From: the human T2T-CHM13v2.0 reference genome, Homo sapiens
DNA length: 64,000 nt
Direction: 5' to 3' (one strand)
Assembly: GCF_009914755.1 (NCBI RefSeq)
Contig: NC_060947.1
This document shows positions 17,541 through 32,338 of the stretch, piece after piece. Position 1 is the first letter of the stretch, and every line of letters begins with the position of its first letter. The position numbers and the translations under genes were made by a program. The notes under the pieces are model-generated. The model was given only the letters and a program-made list of their open reading frames with translations, ran no database searches and was not told where the DNA came from.

Positions 17541-20500
17541 TTCTGAAGTTGAAAAATGTGAGTACTCCAACTTTGTCCATTGTTTTTCAGGATTGTTAAG
17601 GCTACTCGGGGTACCTTGCTTTTCCATGTAAATTTTTAGATTAGTTTGTCAATTTTTGCAAAAAGCGCCAGTAGGGATTTTGATAGAGATAGCACTGAAT
17701 CTATAGATCAATTTGGGAAATATTTTCACTTTAATATTAAGTCTTCTAGTAGGCAAACACGAGAGATCTTACCATTTACTTAGGACTTCCTTAATTTTTC
17801 TCAACAATATAGTTTTCCATTTATTAGCCTTGCACTTCCTTGGTTAAATATCTTCCTAAGTATTTTATTCTTTTTGATGCTGTGGTAAATGGAATTGCTT
17901 TCTTAACTTCATTTTTAGATTTTTCACTGCTTGTGTATACAAATACAATTGGTTTTTGTATATTTATCTTGTATCCTGCAACCTTGCTAAGCTCACTTAT
18001 TACATCTAAGTCTTTTTGTGAATTTCTTTGGATTTTCATATATACATGATAATGTTATATGCCAATAGAGGGCATTTTAAGTCTTCCTTTTCAATCTGGA
18101 TGCTTTTATTTCTATTTCTTGCATAACTGCCTTGGCTAAAATTTCCAGTACAATGTTGAATAAACATGTTGAGAACAGATACTCTTATCTTATTCCTGAT
18201 CTTCGGAGGAAAGCATTATCTTACAACATTAAATATAAAGTTAGACTTTGGTTTTTCCTAGATGTCTTTTAAAAGGTTAAAGAAATTCCCTTCTATTTGT
18301 AGGTTGTTGAGTGTTTTTATCATGAAAGGGGGTTGAATTTTGTTAAATGCTTTTTGTCTGCTGAGATGATCATGTGGACTGTTGTTCATTTTTCTATTAA
18401 TAAGGTGTATGACGTTGATTTTTAAATGTTTAAACAAGCTTGAATTTCTGTTATAATTCTACTTACTCGTGGTACTTAAAAAATCCTTATTCAGGTACAA
18501 TTAACTTATCATACAATTTGTCCACAAAGTATACAATTTAATGGATTTTAGTATATTCACAGTCATGCAACCATTACTGTGTTCAAATTTTGAACATTTA
18601 ATCACTTCGAAAAGAAATCCCATACCCATTACCAGACACTCCCCATCTCATCTTTCTCCATACCCTGGGCAACCACTAATTTACTTCCTTCTGATAGATT
18701 TGCCTATTCTGGAAATTTCACATGAATAGAACATATGTAATCTCGTGTGACTTGCTTCTTTCACTTAGCACAATATATTCAAGATTCATTCATGTTGTAG
18801 CTTATATCAGTATGTCATTCCTTTTTATGGTTGAAAAAATCATTCCATTGTATGGATATACCATATTTAGTTTATAAATTCATCAGTTGGTAGACATTTG
18901 GGTTCTATCTTCCAGCTATTATGAATAATGCTGCTATGAACATTCATATACAAGATTTTATCTGGATATATGTTTCATTTCTCTTAGGCATATGTCTAGG
19001 AGTAAAATGGCTGGGTCATATAACCTTAGATTTAACTTTCTGAAGAACTACAGAACATTTTTTAAATTGCTAAACTCAGTTTGATAGTATTTTCTTGAGA
19101 ATGTGTGTGTTTACATTCATAAGGGATATTGGTCCTTTCTTACAATATCTTTGTCTGGTTTTGGTATCAGGGTATTGCAGGCCTTATACAAAAAGTTGAG
19201 AAGTGTTCCCTCTCTTATTTTTCAGAAATATGTGTGAAGGAATTATATGAATTCTATAAACATGTAGTAGAATTCACCATTAAGCTATCTGGGCCTGGGC
19301 TTTTCTTTATGGGAAAATTTTGAGTACATATCAGTCTATTTCTTATTACAGGTTTACTTAGATCTTCTATTTCTTCTTGAGTCAGTTTTGGTAGTTTGCC
19401 TCTTTCTAGGAATTAGCTCATTTAATCTAGGCTATCTAATTAAGTGGCATACAATTTTTCAGCATATTCTCTTATAATCCTTTTCATTTTTATAAGGTCA
19501 GTAGTAATGTCCCTTCCTTTATTATGGATTTTATTACTTTGAGTTGTCTCTTTTTATTGGTCAGTTTAAAGCCTACTCAATTTTATTTTTACCTTTTCAA
19601 AGAAACAACTTTTGGTTTTATTGACTTCTTCCATTGTTTTTCTAGTCTCTATGTCTCCTATAATCCTTATTACTTCCTTATTTCTGCCTGTCAAGTTTAG
19701 TTTTCTTTTCCAGTTTCTTAAAGTGAAAGGTTAAATTATTGATTTGAGCTCTTTCTTACTTTTCAATATAGGCATTTACAATAATAAACTTCCCCCTAAT
19801 CACTGCTTTTGCTGCATCTCATAAATATTGGTAAGTTATATTTTTGTTTTCATTCATCTCAGAGTATTTTTAAAGTATTCTTGTAATTTCTTCTTTGACC
19901 CACTGGCTACTATGTTAATTTCCACATCTTTGTGAATTTCCCAAATTTGCTTCCGTTATTGATTTCTGATTCCATTCCATTGTGGCCAGAGAAGATACTT
20001 TGTATGATTTCAGATATTTTAAAATTGATGGAGACATATTTGATGGGCTAATGCACAGTCTATCCTAGATAATGTTCTATGTGTACTTGAAAAGAATGTA
20101 TAGTCTCCTGTTGTTGAGTGGAGTGTTCTACAGATGTCTGTTAGGTCTAGTTGGTTTCTAGTGTTGCCCAAATCTACCTTCTCTTTCTTTAATGATCTTC
20201 TGTTTAGTTGTTGAATCCATTATTAAGTCAGGTATTGAAGTCTCCAATTATTATTGCTGAATTCTCTATTTCTCCCTCCAATTCTGCCTTTTTCTGTTTC
20301 ATGTATTTTGGAGCTTTGTTCTTAGGTGCATATGTGTTTATAATTGCTAAATCTTCTTGATGGATTAATGCTGCTATTGTTATAAAATGTCCTTCTTTAG
20401 TAACAATTTGTTTGACTATTAAATTTCTGATTTAATTATTAAAGTCTATTTCATCTGATATTAGTAATAGCCACTTCAGAGCTCTTTTGGTTACTATTTG

Positions 20501-20865
20501 CATAGTATATCATTTTCTACTCATTTACTTTCAACTTATATGTATTTTTTAAATCTGAAGTATGTCTCTTCCAGACAGCAAAAAACGACATGAGATACCA
20601 TCTCACCTGTTTTTCATCCATGTTGCCAATCTCTGCCTTGTAATTGGAGTGTTTAATTCATTTATATTTAATATTATTACTGACAAGGTACAATTTATGT
20701 TTCTAATTTTACTACTGGTTTTCTATCTGTCTTTTTTTTCCTGTATTCCTCCAATACTGCCTCCTTTTGTGTTAAATAGATATTTTATGGTGTTCTACTT
20801 TGATTTCTTGTCATTCCTTTTACTACACTTCCTTTTACTATGCTTAGAATGGCTTTTATCTAAAA

Positions 20866-21711
20866 GTTAGGCAGTGACAAATGCTGGCAAGGATGTAGAG
20901 AAAAGGTAACCCTCGTACGCTGTTGGTGAGAATGTAAATTAGTACAACTACTATGGAGAACAGTTTGGAGGTTCCTCAAAAAACTAAAAATAGAGCCATC
21001 ATACAATCCAGCAATCCCACTCCTAGGTATATACCCAAAAGAAAGGAAATCAGAATATTGAAGAGGTATCTGCACTCCCATGTTTACTGCAGCACTATTC
21101 ACAATAGCCAAGACTTGGAATCAACCTAAGTGTCCATCAACAGATGAATAGATAAAGAAAATGTGGTACATATACACAATGGGGTACTATTCAGTCATAA
21201 GGAAGAATGAGATCCTGTCATTTGCAACAACATGGATAGGACTGGAGGTCATTATGTTAAATGAGATGAGCCAGGCACAAGAAGACAAACATTGCATGTT
21301 TTAACTTATTTGTAGGAGCTAAATATTAAAATAATTGAAGTCAGGAGGATACAGGTAGAAGAGTGGTTACCAGAGGCTGGAAAGGGTAGTTGGGGGGGCG
21401 GGGGGCTAGTAGGGGTTGGGGAAAGTAGGGATGGTTAATGGGTACAAAAAATAGAAAGAATGAATAAGACCTAGTATTTGCTAGCACAACAGGATGACTA
21501 CAGTCAAAAATAATTTAATAATTTAATTGTACATTTTAAAATAACTGAAAGAATATAACTGGATTGTTTGTAACACAAAGGTTAAATGTTTGAAGTGATG
21601 AATACCTCATTTATCCTGATGTGATTGCATGCCTGTATCAAAATATTTCATGTGACCTATAAATATATATACCTACTATGTACCCATAAACATTAAAAAT
21701 TAAAAAAATAA
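20866..21711 (+). mobile_element. L1MA-type 5'-truncated element (ORF2 end plus 3'UTR), inserted opposite to the host L1
   Basis: acaaatgctggcaaggatgtagagaaaagg...aacctaagtgtccatcaacagatgaat...cctactatgtaccc, followed by an A-rich tail. Confidence 0.9.
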
Positions 21712-23198
21712 GTTTTCCTTTTAGCATAAATAACTACGTTTAGTATTCCTTGTAGGACAAGGAAGCTAGTGACAAATTCTATCCGTTTTTCTTTATCTGA
21801 CAATATCTTCATTTATCCTACATGTTTGAAGTATGGTTTTGCTGGATAAAGAATTCTTGGTAGATATTATTTTTCTTTCAGCACTTTGAATGTTATCCTG
21901 TTGCCTTTCAGTATCCTTGGTTTTTGAAAGAAATCTGCTGTTAATATTTTTATAGATCCCTTGTATGTGATGATTCAGTTCTCCCTTGCTATTTTCAAGA
22001 TACTCCCCTTGTCTGTAGCTTTTGACAACTTGATTATGGTTTGTTTTTGCATTTATCCTACTTGGAGTTTGCTGAACTTATTGGTTGTGTAGATTTATGT
22101 TTTCATCAAATTTAAGAAGTTTTGGACTATTATTTCTTCAAATATTCTTTCTACTCCTTTCTCTCCATTCCTTTTGAAATTCTCATTATGCATATGTTGG
22201 TATGCTTGATGGTATCCCCAGAGGTCTCTGAGGCTCTGCTCATTTTGCTCATTCTTTTATCTTTCAGTTCTGAAGACCAGATAATTATAATGAACCTATC
22301 TTCATGTCTTCTGGTTCCGATTCTTTATTCTGCCTGCTCATATCTGCTGCTGAGCCTCTTTAGTTACTGTATTTTTCAATTCCAGAATTTTGATTTGATT
22401 TTCTCTTTTTGTTTTTTATAGTTTCTATCTCATTATTGATACTTTCCATTTGGTAACTCTTTTTCTAGTAAGTCCAACATCTGGGTTTGCTCAGGAACAG
22501 TTTCTATGGATTGCTTTTCCCCCCAAAGTGTGAGCTATATTTTCTTGTTTCTTTGCATGCCTCATAATTTTTTGTTGAAAACTGAGTGTCTTAAATAATA
22601 TTATGTGTCAACTCTAAAAATCAGAATCTCCTTTTCTGCAGGATTTATTGTTGCTGTTTATTGTTACTCCTGCTCTTTGCTTAGTGATTTTTTGGGGGAA
22701 CACATTCTGCAGTCTGTATTCTTTTTTATGTGTGGCCACTTAAGTCTCTGCTTATTTAGTTTAGTCTTTGCTCAAGGGTTTTGTGGATGTGTAGGGCATA
22801 CCTTCAACACTCAGTCAGGGAGTTCACATTTCTACCTTATCATTCAATTCCTGTTTATGTAGCCTGAAAGTCAGCTAGAGGTGAGAAATTAAGGCCTTCT
22901 TAGATTTTTCCTGAGCTTGTTCATAGCCTTATATATGTGCATGGCCTTCTTAACATAGTATTTTCTAGAGAATACGTTGTAGCTTTTTCAAAGCCTCTAT
23001 GGGCATCTCATTAGCTAGCTTTTTGTTTTAAGCTTTTAGGTTAGCTTTTTGTTTGCCCAGCTGTTATCTATGCCTCAGGCAGCAATGAAATTAAACAACT
23101 ACCTCTAAAGGTTTTTGGCAAATGCCCCCAGAGGAAACTTTTTTTGCACTGGGTGATCTCTGAGTCAGGCCAATTAAAGATGGTATTGCAAGAGGGGT

Positions 23199-23622
23199 TG
23201 CTATAGTTGGGATGTTTGTCCCCTGAAACCTCATGTTGAAGATTGATCCCCAATGTTGAAGGTAGGGGCCCAATGGAGCTGTCTGAGTCAGGGGGGTGGA
23301 TCCCTCATGAATGCCTTGGTGCCATCCTGGCAGTAACAAGTGAGTTCTCACTCTGTTAGTTATCATGAGAACTGGTTGTTAAAAACAACCTAGTACCTCC
23401 CATCTCTCTCTTGCTTCCTCTCTTGCCAGGTGATCTCTGTACACACTGGTTCCCCTTCCCCTTCCACCAGGACTGGAAGTTTCCTGAAGCCCTCACCAGA
23501 AGCAGATGCTGGTGTCATGCTTCTTGTACAGCCTGTAGAACCATGAGCCAAATAAACCTCTTTTCTTCATAAATTACCCACTCTCAGGTATTCCTTTATA
23601 GAAACACAAATGTACTAAGACA
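23199..23622 (+). mobile_element. MST-family MaLR solo LTR (MSTB-like)
   Basis: tgctatagttgggatgtttgtccc...gagccaaataaacctcttttc...actaagaca. Confidence 0.88.
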
Positions 23623-24851
23623 AGTCTTCCAGGGAACTACCAGACAAGTAAAAAAATGACAATATTATGGGAATGCGGCCTTAGAGGAGCTCCATCCCCA
23701 TTCAGCCTCCTTTGATGGCTGTCAAGTTGCTGGTTTTCATCGTGATTGTGAACTGTTTGTTTTCAAGGTTACTACAGAACTGGAAGAAAGGGGGATGTGA
23801 ATGGGACAAATTATTATACAATGCTATGAAGTTCACTGTTGTTACTAAGAATCAGTCAGTTTTCTTGAATAAATTATTCCTGGATAGCTGTAAGCCTTTG
23901 GTCAATTTCCAGAGCCCTGAAAAAGTTGATTCTGACATTTCTGTCAGTTTTCTCTTTTTTTTAAATGAAAAGTGAGAACTGTCAAGGTCCTTACTTCTTC
24001 AATTTCACTGATATCACCTACTATCTGGGACTTTAGAATGAGACATTCTTGAAGACTAAGCAAACTGGAGCCCAAAATATACTCTTTCTAGAACACAATT
24101 TATAATACTCCCAAATAAAAACAGTTAATTTTGGACTTTTATAATAAACCATAAAGAATTGAGTCCTATCAAGAACTCAGAACTTTGATAATTTAGTTTC
24201 CAATTCTATACATCTTACTTTCCTTTAGTTTCCTTATTATAATTTGTCTGAATTAATTTTGATATCTATTTTTAAGACAAAAACTCTAAATTAGTGGCTC
24301 AGTAGAGTAAGAGACAAAAAGTATATTAATTAAAAGTTCAAGATAATAATCTAGGAAATTCATTAATGGAAGCTGTATATGTAAGTATAAAAAATCCCCC
24401 AATCAGAAGTCATATCCTAATATAAATTCATCCAGTTTTGATTTAGTAGAAACTTCTTATTCATCTCATGTTCATAAGCATGAATTTCATTTTTTCATAC
24501 ATGTGAAAGGAGAAATTCTAAATCATTTAGGAATAATATGCCTTTTTAGGAATCTAATAAGAGCTATGGACTCTCTAAAAAAATAAACATAATTCTGCTT
24601 ACTATTTCAAGGGATTATTGAATAGTCGGCAACCTGCAAGTTAAGAAGCCCTATAAAATAAAAATTATGATTTTGATGGCAAAAGTAGAGAACAGATATT
24701 CAAAAATATCTCATCTGTTATGAAATGTCTCATCTTTAGCCTCACCAATTATAATATCTCATCTTCATTAGAGCAATGAGAATTTAAAATATTAAAACGT
24801 ACAGGTGGTCTGCAACAAATCAACACATTTCATTTCAAAAGTAAATTTGTG

Positions 24852-25140
24852 GGCTGGGAGTGGAGGCTCATGCCTGTAATCCCAACACTTTGGGAGGCCG
24901 AGGTGGGTAGATCACTTGAGCTCAGGAGTTTGAGATCAGCCTGAACAATATGGCAAAACCTCATCTCTACAAAAAATACAAAAAATTAGCTGTGTGTGGT
25001 GGCGCATGCCTGTAGTCCCAGCTATTCAGGCGGCTGAGGTGGGAGGATAACCTGAGCCCAAGGAGGTCGAGGCTGCAATGAGCCATGATTGCACCACTGC
25101 ACTCTGGCCTGGGCAAGAGAGAGACCCCATCTCAAAAAAA
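24852..25140 (+). mobile_element. Alu (AluJ-like)
   Basis: cttgagctcaggagtt and gaggtcgaggctgcaatgagccatgatt. Confidence 0.93.
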
Positions 25141-27998
25141 ATTAATTTGTAAATGATTTACTTCGAATTTATTACACATTGTTTTCCTAATAAAAACCAT
25201 GTTATAAACAATGGTTGGAGACTATTAAAACATAGGTCCCATAAGGCTAGGGGCTCTTTTTATTTATCATTTGTATTATAATGACCTATCCAAATAAATA
25301 GCATATGGTAGGTTCTTAGATAACCCTTTAAAGACCTATTTCACTCAATAATGTATTTGAATACAAGTACACTAGGAAAACAAGAAAAAATATTGAGGTA
25401 ATTAACAAAGAGCAAACAAACCACTAAGCCAAAAATAAAATAATAAAATGAAACAAAAAGGAAAGAATAAAGAATAAAATAGATTTTAAATTATCTGTTG
25501 CTTAAGAGATAAGTTTATTTGGGAAAGAATGTAACGGTAAATATAGATATTTCTAGATATTATTTGAACTTATGGATTCCTTTTTACTGTGTTAAATTTT
25601 ACTTCAAAATATGTGTCTTCTTATGTAGCATCTCCTTCTATGCTAAGCCATGAATGAGGTCATTTTTGGACCCTAACAATTTGTAAATGGACCAGAAGAG
25701 CAGAGGAGTTAAGATGTGTTGCCCATAGTGACTGGAAAAGGGTTGAAAGAAGTTGAGGGAGGGGAAGCACTGTTCACAGAGACTTTATATAATGAAATAA
25801 TTTACTATTTATTACATATATTATACATCTTATAATAAAATGTGTCCAAGTCAGAATCAAGAAAGCTTGTGTGAACATGAGCAACAGAGGGCATGGGAAT
25901 CCCATCGCAAGAAAAAAAGGTAGAGGTGGTGGAGATGGAATTTTGATTGTTTCCTAACTTTATACTGAGTCGCTGTGCTAAAGAAGATGGAAAAACTTAA
26001 TTCTGGTGCCATAAACATAAAGGGCCAATTGCATATTTTCACTTGAATACCACTAAACTCCGACCAAAATCAGATAAAGTCATGAGTAATATCCCAAATC
26101 CAACTGGATGTCATTTAATATCTATACGCTGTGGTCCTACCATATAGGAAGGATATGAAAAGAGTACATGATTCTATTAAGTTCAAGGAGGCTTAAGAGT
26201 ATGAGGGATCAATAGAATGGGTGGCTTTGTCTTCAGAATAGGACTTGAAGACATTTATATAGCCAAAGCAATGGCAAAGTAATGAAGGAGTGAGCTATAA
26301 CTTCAGCAACAGACTCCCATATATTATATTAAATGAAGACAGGACTTAATACCAGGTATATGAACTATATACTAAGTACTTTCCCCTTTTGTAAATTTGG
26401 AATTTGACTCCCTGACCAAGTGACAAGAGACAGGTTCAGCTTGGCATTCTGAGTCTGTAGCTCAAGAGATCTGGCTGAAGAAATCTGTCAATAAACAACC
26501 TCAGCCAATGAGAAGGTAAGTAATTGTTTCCCGAAAGAATGTCTTTAGCCTGGGGAGATTTAGAATTTGGTACAACAATGAGATAAGTCAAAACTCTGGT
26601 ATTGATAATTTTGGGTTGAAAAAGAAGCTATTAATATTTATTTTAATTATTTATAACAATGCTTAAGAGAATTTGGCTTATATTATTCCAATTTAATATT
26701 GGTAACTGAGTAACTGACTTAGACTTGTGATTTAAAATTGGAATCTTACTAAGTTTATAAACAGGATCAGAACATATGTTTAATGAATTAGGTTTATACA
26801 AAATTACCTCAGTATTTGGTCAGACAACAGAGGTAGAGAAAAATCAAATATAGAATATTAAGCTTAAAGGCAGTTAAAGGTGTAAGGAAATATAATTTTG
26901 TTCTAAACCCCACTTAAAAGTCAATTTTAAATGTTGCTAGATTTATAAAATAATTTATATTCAAAAGCAATAATAGCCAATTCTAGAGCATAAAACCATA
27001 AAATATAAAATCTCTAAATCTTACCATAATATTTTAAATATTAAAGCACTAAAAACAAATCAGTTATTCTTTGTGAGTAGCAACTTCTAAGAATCTTCCA
27101 TAATCATTATATGAATAATAATAATTCAAAGGGTCACAAAAGTATTTAAAAGAAAAAAAGATCTCCAGGAACAGACAAACTTGAAGCTCACAATATGTGG
27201 GCTTCTACTTCCCAAAGTAAAATAACTGGATAAAATATAAATAGGCTACACTGCCCTAGATTTTCCAATCTAAATTATCAACTGTATTGCTCTTGGGATT
27301 AAAAAGGGAAGGACTAAAGAAGGATTCATATTTTACTGAACTGTGGAAAAGTGAAAAGTTAGTAATGGGCTAATTAGAAAAGTTAGTATCATGATCAATT
27401 GTGCCATCTGAAGTATGAGCATGTATGTCACAGTTACATGAAACTATGGCTTAAAAAACAAACAAAATAAAACTTTAAAATGTTTACGTACTGTTTATAA
27501 ATATACATATAAATATGATTATCTATAATAATGTATTGAAACAAAATTTTAAGTCCTGAAAGTCCTAACAGTACTGACCTTTCAAATTTTTACACATATA
27601 TCATATGTGACTTAAGCCAAATGTGAGATATGAATCTTTTGATTCCACTAAATCATAATCCTAAAGGTAGTAAGTGATGCATTTTGAGGTAACTAAGTTT
27701 CTTCTGAATCTTCAATTATCATTCTTGCCATTATTTCACCTCCTTCCTTTCCCATCCCATGACCCACACAATATAATTCAAAATTAGACCCTAAAAAAAA
27801 AGCCCAGATTTTTGCTTTCTTCCTAGTCAAAAAACATAGGCCCATAGAAATCCTAGATGATTTTATAACTCTGTAAATTACCCTGTCTTTCAAATACTAT
27901 GTCCTAGAATTCTGACAAACTAGAATAGAGTTTAAACTGTCTCCACCCACTTCCCTCTACATCATACCCTCTGCTTCCCCACCCCCAGATGAAGGTTA

Positions 27999-28208
<210 letters not shown>

Positions 28209-28554
28209 TCATTGATTCTCTTAAGTTCCTATTTCCCATTAATGTCTTACTGTTTCATTATCTATATAATATAGATAATGTTTGCCATTCTACTTTAGAC
28301 TCCAAATTGAACACAGTTTTCAAAATAAAATTTAAGTAATATAACTTCCAACATATTTTTCTATAATTCATGAGATAATTTTAAAAGATTACCAAAACCA
28401 TAAAAATGACCAATAAATTTGCAATTTGCAGTAATTTTTTAAAAATTCTAAATAGTAGTCTTATGCTCAAGGCAAATAATGACTGTACAATTCTATATAG
28501 ATTATCAACATCTTAAACAAAATAAGTGAAGTCCATAGTAATGGTGGTATTCTT

Positions 28555-28985
28555 ATGAACCAGAAACCCAAGCCATTCTTGACACTTCCCTCTCATCTTA
28601 CCCACCATTTACCTAATCATCACTAACAAATCCTACTGAGTTTATCTCAAATATCTCTTGAACCTGTCCTCTTCTCTCCATGTCCCACATCCTACCATCT
28701 TCTACTAGAACCACTGAAAAACTTGTTTCTCCCATTCATTCTTGTAATGATATTTAAAAAATGAAAATCTGATATGATATCCCTGTTTAAAACACCAGAG
28801 AGAGAGAAAGTATTTGCAATATACAGTCCAAGTCAAGAACCAAAATATATAAGTAACTTGTAAATACAATAAGAAAAAAAACACACTCCAATAAAATCTG
28901 GGCAAAAGACTTGAACAAACACTTTACAAAGAGAAAGGCCTGCGTGGTTTGGTCTCCAACCCTCTCCAGTTTCACCTGAAATCAC
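28555..28985. mobile_element. L2 remnant with a short old L1 fragment (about 28800-28935)
   Basis: ctcaaatatctcttgaacctgtcctcttctctcca (L2-like) and tgggcaaaagacttgaacaaacacttt (L1-like). Confidence 0.55.
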
Positions 28986-29158
28986 AGAGAAATCCTTAAT
29001 TTTCCTCAAACTTCAAATTAGAATTGTTTGAAATTACTAGAGGAAAGGAAGTAATTTCTATGAGCACAGCCACTGGTCTAGCTATTTGCTGACCCAGACC
29101 TCACAGTTGAATCAGCTGAGATGATTTAAAGATGCCCATACCCTGGTCCAGGGAACAT

Positions 29159-29173
29159 GCGCGCGCGCGCGGG

Positions 29174-29230
<57 letters not shown>
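29159..29230. repeat. Compound (GC)n-(AC)25 microsatellite
   Basis: gcgcgcgcgcgcgggcgcgcgc followed by 25 AC units. Confidence 0.97.
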
Positions 29231-29232
<2 letters not shown>

Positions 29233-31563
29233 TTCCCTGTGGTTACCAGTTATAAAAGAAATATCTGAACTCAGTTAAGATAATCCAAATATAGATTTGT
29301 GTGTGTGTGAATTGACTATAAAATACAGAATGCAATAGCAATGTGATTGGTTTATTTGAAGGTTAATATGGTGGTCATTAAATACATGTGTACATGTATA
29401 CATGCGTGTATTTTCCCCCTCCTGGGGAGAAGGCAAACAAACAAAAAAACCACCTTCATTCGCTTATTACAGGTACAAACAGTACACCTAGATGCATGTG
29501 CTCAATTAGCAGATAGAGAAAAGTTCTTCATTTACAGTACTACACTTGTGATACTGCTGGCCTTAAAGTTTTTCTTCTTTCAACTACAGGACGAACTACT
29601 AAATTTAATCTTAGACTTAAACATTTATCCAAGATGACATCATGAGGACATCAACTATACCACAGCTTCAAATCTCTCTTTTCAAGCAACCTAAAAAAGC
29701 TAACCTGGGAGGAAAAGAAATGGTAATAATATATCTTTCAAAACTCTACAGAAAGAGGATCCTTTTGATAATCCCTCAAAACTGTTCAAAGATTTTCCTC
29801 TGTGAGAAGACAATATTACAAACTGAGGGACAAACGTTTTCATTCTCAACCTGGATGTCTTACTTCTGATTACTTATCCTGACAATAGCAAGCAATTTCA
29901 GGAAATGCTTCATGTAATTGGTTTTTGTCCACACATAAACCCTTGGGACTCTATTTATGATACATTTGAATAGTCTGCTTCAATTCACTGTATCTTTTTG
30001 GAAACTTCCCAACATCTGTATGTGGGGTTGATTGTTCATGGTCAATCGAGTCAATTCTTTACTTTTTCCTGCTTGAACAAAGGTGAGGAAGAAAGCATAT
30101 CTTCTCCCCCCTTTTCTTTTAGTAACAATAAAATTAATAGAGCTAGGGAGAAAAGAGAATACTTAGACAACAAAACACAAACTTTTAAAAATCTGTGAAT
30201 AAAAATCAAATCAAATCCCCAATTCTTTAATTTTATAGTACGAGGCAAAGAAAATAATTATATCTATGAACTACTGAAGACCTGAAGACAGGTTACAAGT
30301 AAAGCATTTTAAGGGTCTGTCCGTCAATGACATCCAGGGGGTTAACAATGGTAAACCAAATTTAACACCCTAAAAAGATACTAAAATACGTTTTGAGGTT
30401 TTTGCGATTTAACCCATTAACTGGAAACTCAGCAGAAACTGATAAAAAATTTAAAATTTGGCTTGGTTTCCCATCTTAAAAAGGGAGGAGTGATAAAGTA
30501 GTGTAACACACCTACTATATTACACTTATTACTTATGCTTGGATGACAGTTTAGGGAACAGCAAAAATTCAGGAGGTATAGGTTTCAGTCTGGCCTGTAC
30601 ATTTTATTGATGTTTGAAATCACCCTTAAAATTTTAAATCTAAGGTACAGTCAATTCTTGAATATTTATGTGGGGGAAAATACTGGTAGAGATAGTTATA
30701 AGCCGTCATCATAAACAACTATCTTTCTCATATTTCCACTAATTATGACCGTATTAAAAATGGAAAAAGATAATTGACAGCATTTCAGATTTAATGAAAT
30801 ATATATTCTTTATTCAACTCTTTACAAATTCTGAATATTGATTGGGATGGTAAAACAAGGTTCTACTTGAGGCAGATGGCTGCTTACAGCAGTCTATGTT
30901 TTTAAGCAAAAAGGTAAATTAAACCAGAATATGTTAGAAGTGAATATATCACTACAATATCCCCTAAGGTTTTGAAAAGAATTCAATTATGTCCCTATGC
31001 AGACACAGACTAATATCCTCTAGTTTTCATTTATGTGAAGAAAACCTAAGTCTAGGAAATAATTCTGATAACAAAGGTAAATATACCAAAATAAGACTAG
31101 AATTAAATGAAATTATGCTAGAATACAGCATGTTGGTTTCCAGGATCATGGGATAGATTGAGCACAATGTATCTAATTTATTTCCCTATCCAAACTCCAC
31201 TACAATGATACCAAAGGGGTTTTTAAAAAGGATTGGGAGTACAAGAGAGGAGATAATAGTAATAATTAAATTTGGAATCCAAGAAAGCAGATGGAGAGTG
31301 GTAATTGACTTGGCAGACCTGGAAAAGCTGAACTGCAAAGAGATAATAAGGAAAGTTCAGAACCAAACCCATCTATACTGTAGAATCCCCAAGAAACTCA
31401 TGAATGGGTTCCAGATAACTCTGGAACTGGAAGTGAAGAGAGGGTAGAGTTAAAGTAACAAGGTTTGAATGAAATGTGTTAGAGAAGCAGTTAGAGCCCT
31501 AGGTGGTCTCCTGTACTCCATACCATGGATAACTGCCGCTCCCTCATCCCAACAGGTTAATTA

Positions 31564-31785
<222 letters not shown>

Positions 31786-32110
31786 TCACAACTGGAAACA
31801 CAAGGCTGTTGAGGAAGTGGGTATTATATGAAAAGCAAGGGTATTATGTGGTCACATATACACTGAACGCAGACAGCCCGAGTCCCTTTTTGACTAACAG
31901 GGGGAATATTGGAAGCCAGATCTTTACCCTTAAGGCAGGAGATGAAAGACTTTTCTATTGAATATCTGACTAGCTCAGAAGAAAAGACCTAAAGATAATG
32001 AAGAGGTTCTCCAAACTACTCAACTAGATCATCCTCCAGCAAAACCCAAAGTCAACACGTTCCACCTGCACCTTCGGAGCTCTCTTAATCAGCTTTGAGG
32101 CCCTCTATTA

Positions 32111-32338
32111 TAGGGTTTCCAATATCAGCACTATTAACATTTTGAGCTAGATAATTTTTTGTTGTGCAGGGATGTCCTATGCATTGTAGGATGTTCAGCA
32201 ACATCCCTAGCCTCTACTTACTAGATACTAGTAGCATAGCACCCCCTGCAGCTTTAACCACCAAAAAGTCCTCCAGATATTGCCAAATATCCTCCTGGGG
32301 TACGGAAGGTTCAAATTGCCCCCAGTTGAGAATCATTG
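32111..32338 (-). mobile_element. MER20 (hAT-Charlie)
   Basis: gcattgtaggatgttcagcaacatccctagcctctac...ccccagttgagaatcattg. 8-bp TSD ctctatta / ctctattt. Confidence 0.88.

Noticed and set aside
21392-21430. G-quadruplex-like G runs (also the G13 run at 4568-4580)
   Set aside because: An ordinary G-rich tract of an L1 3'UTR and a homopolymer, with no evidence of function.
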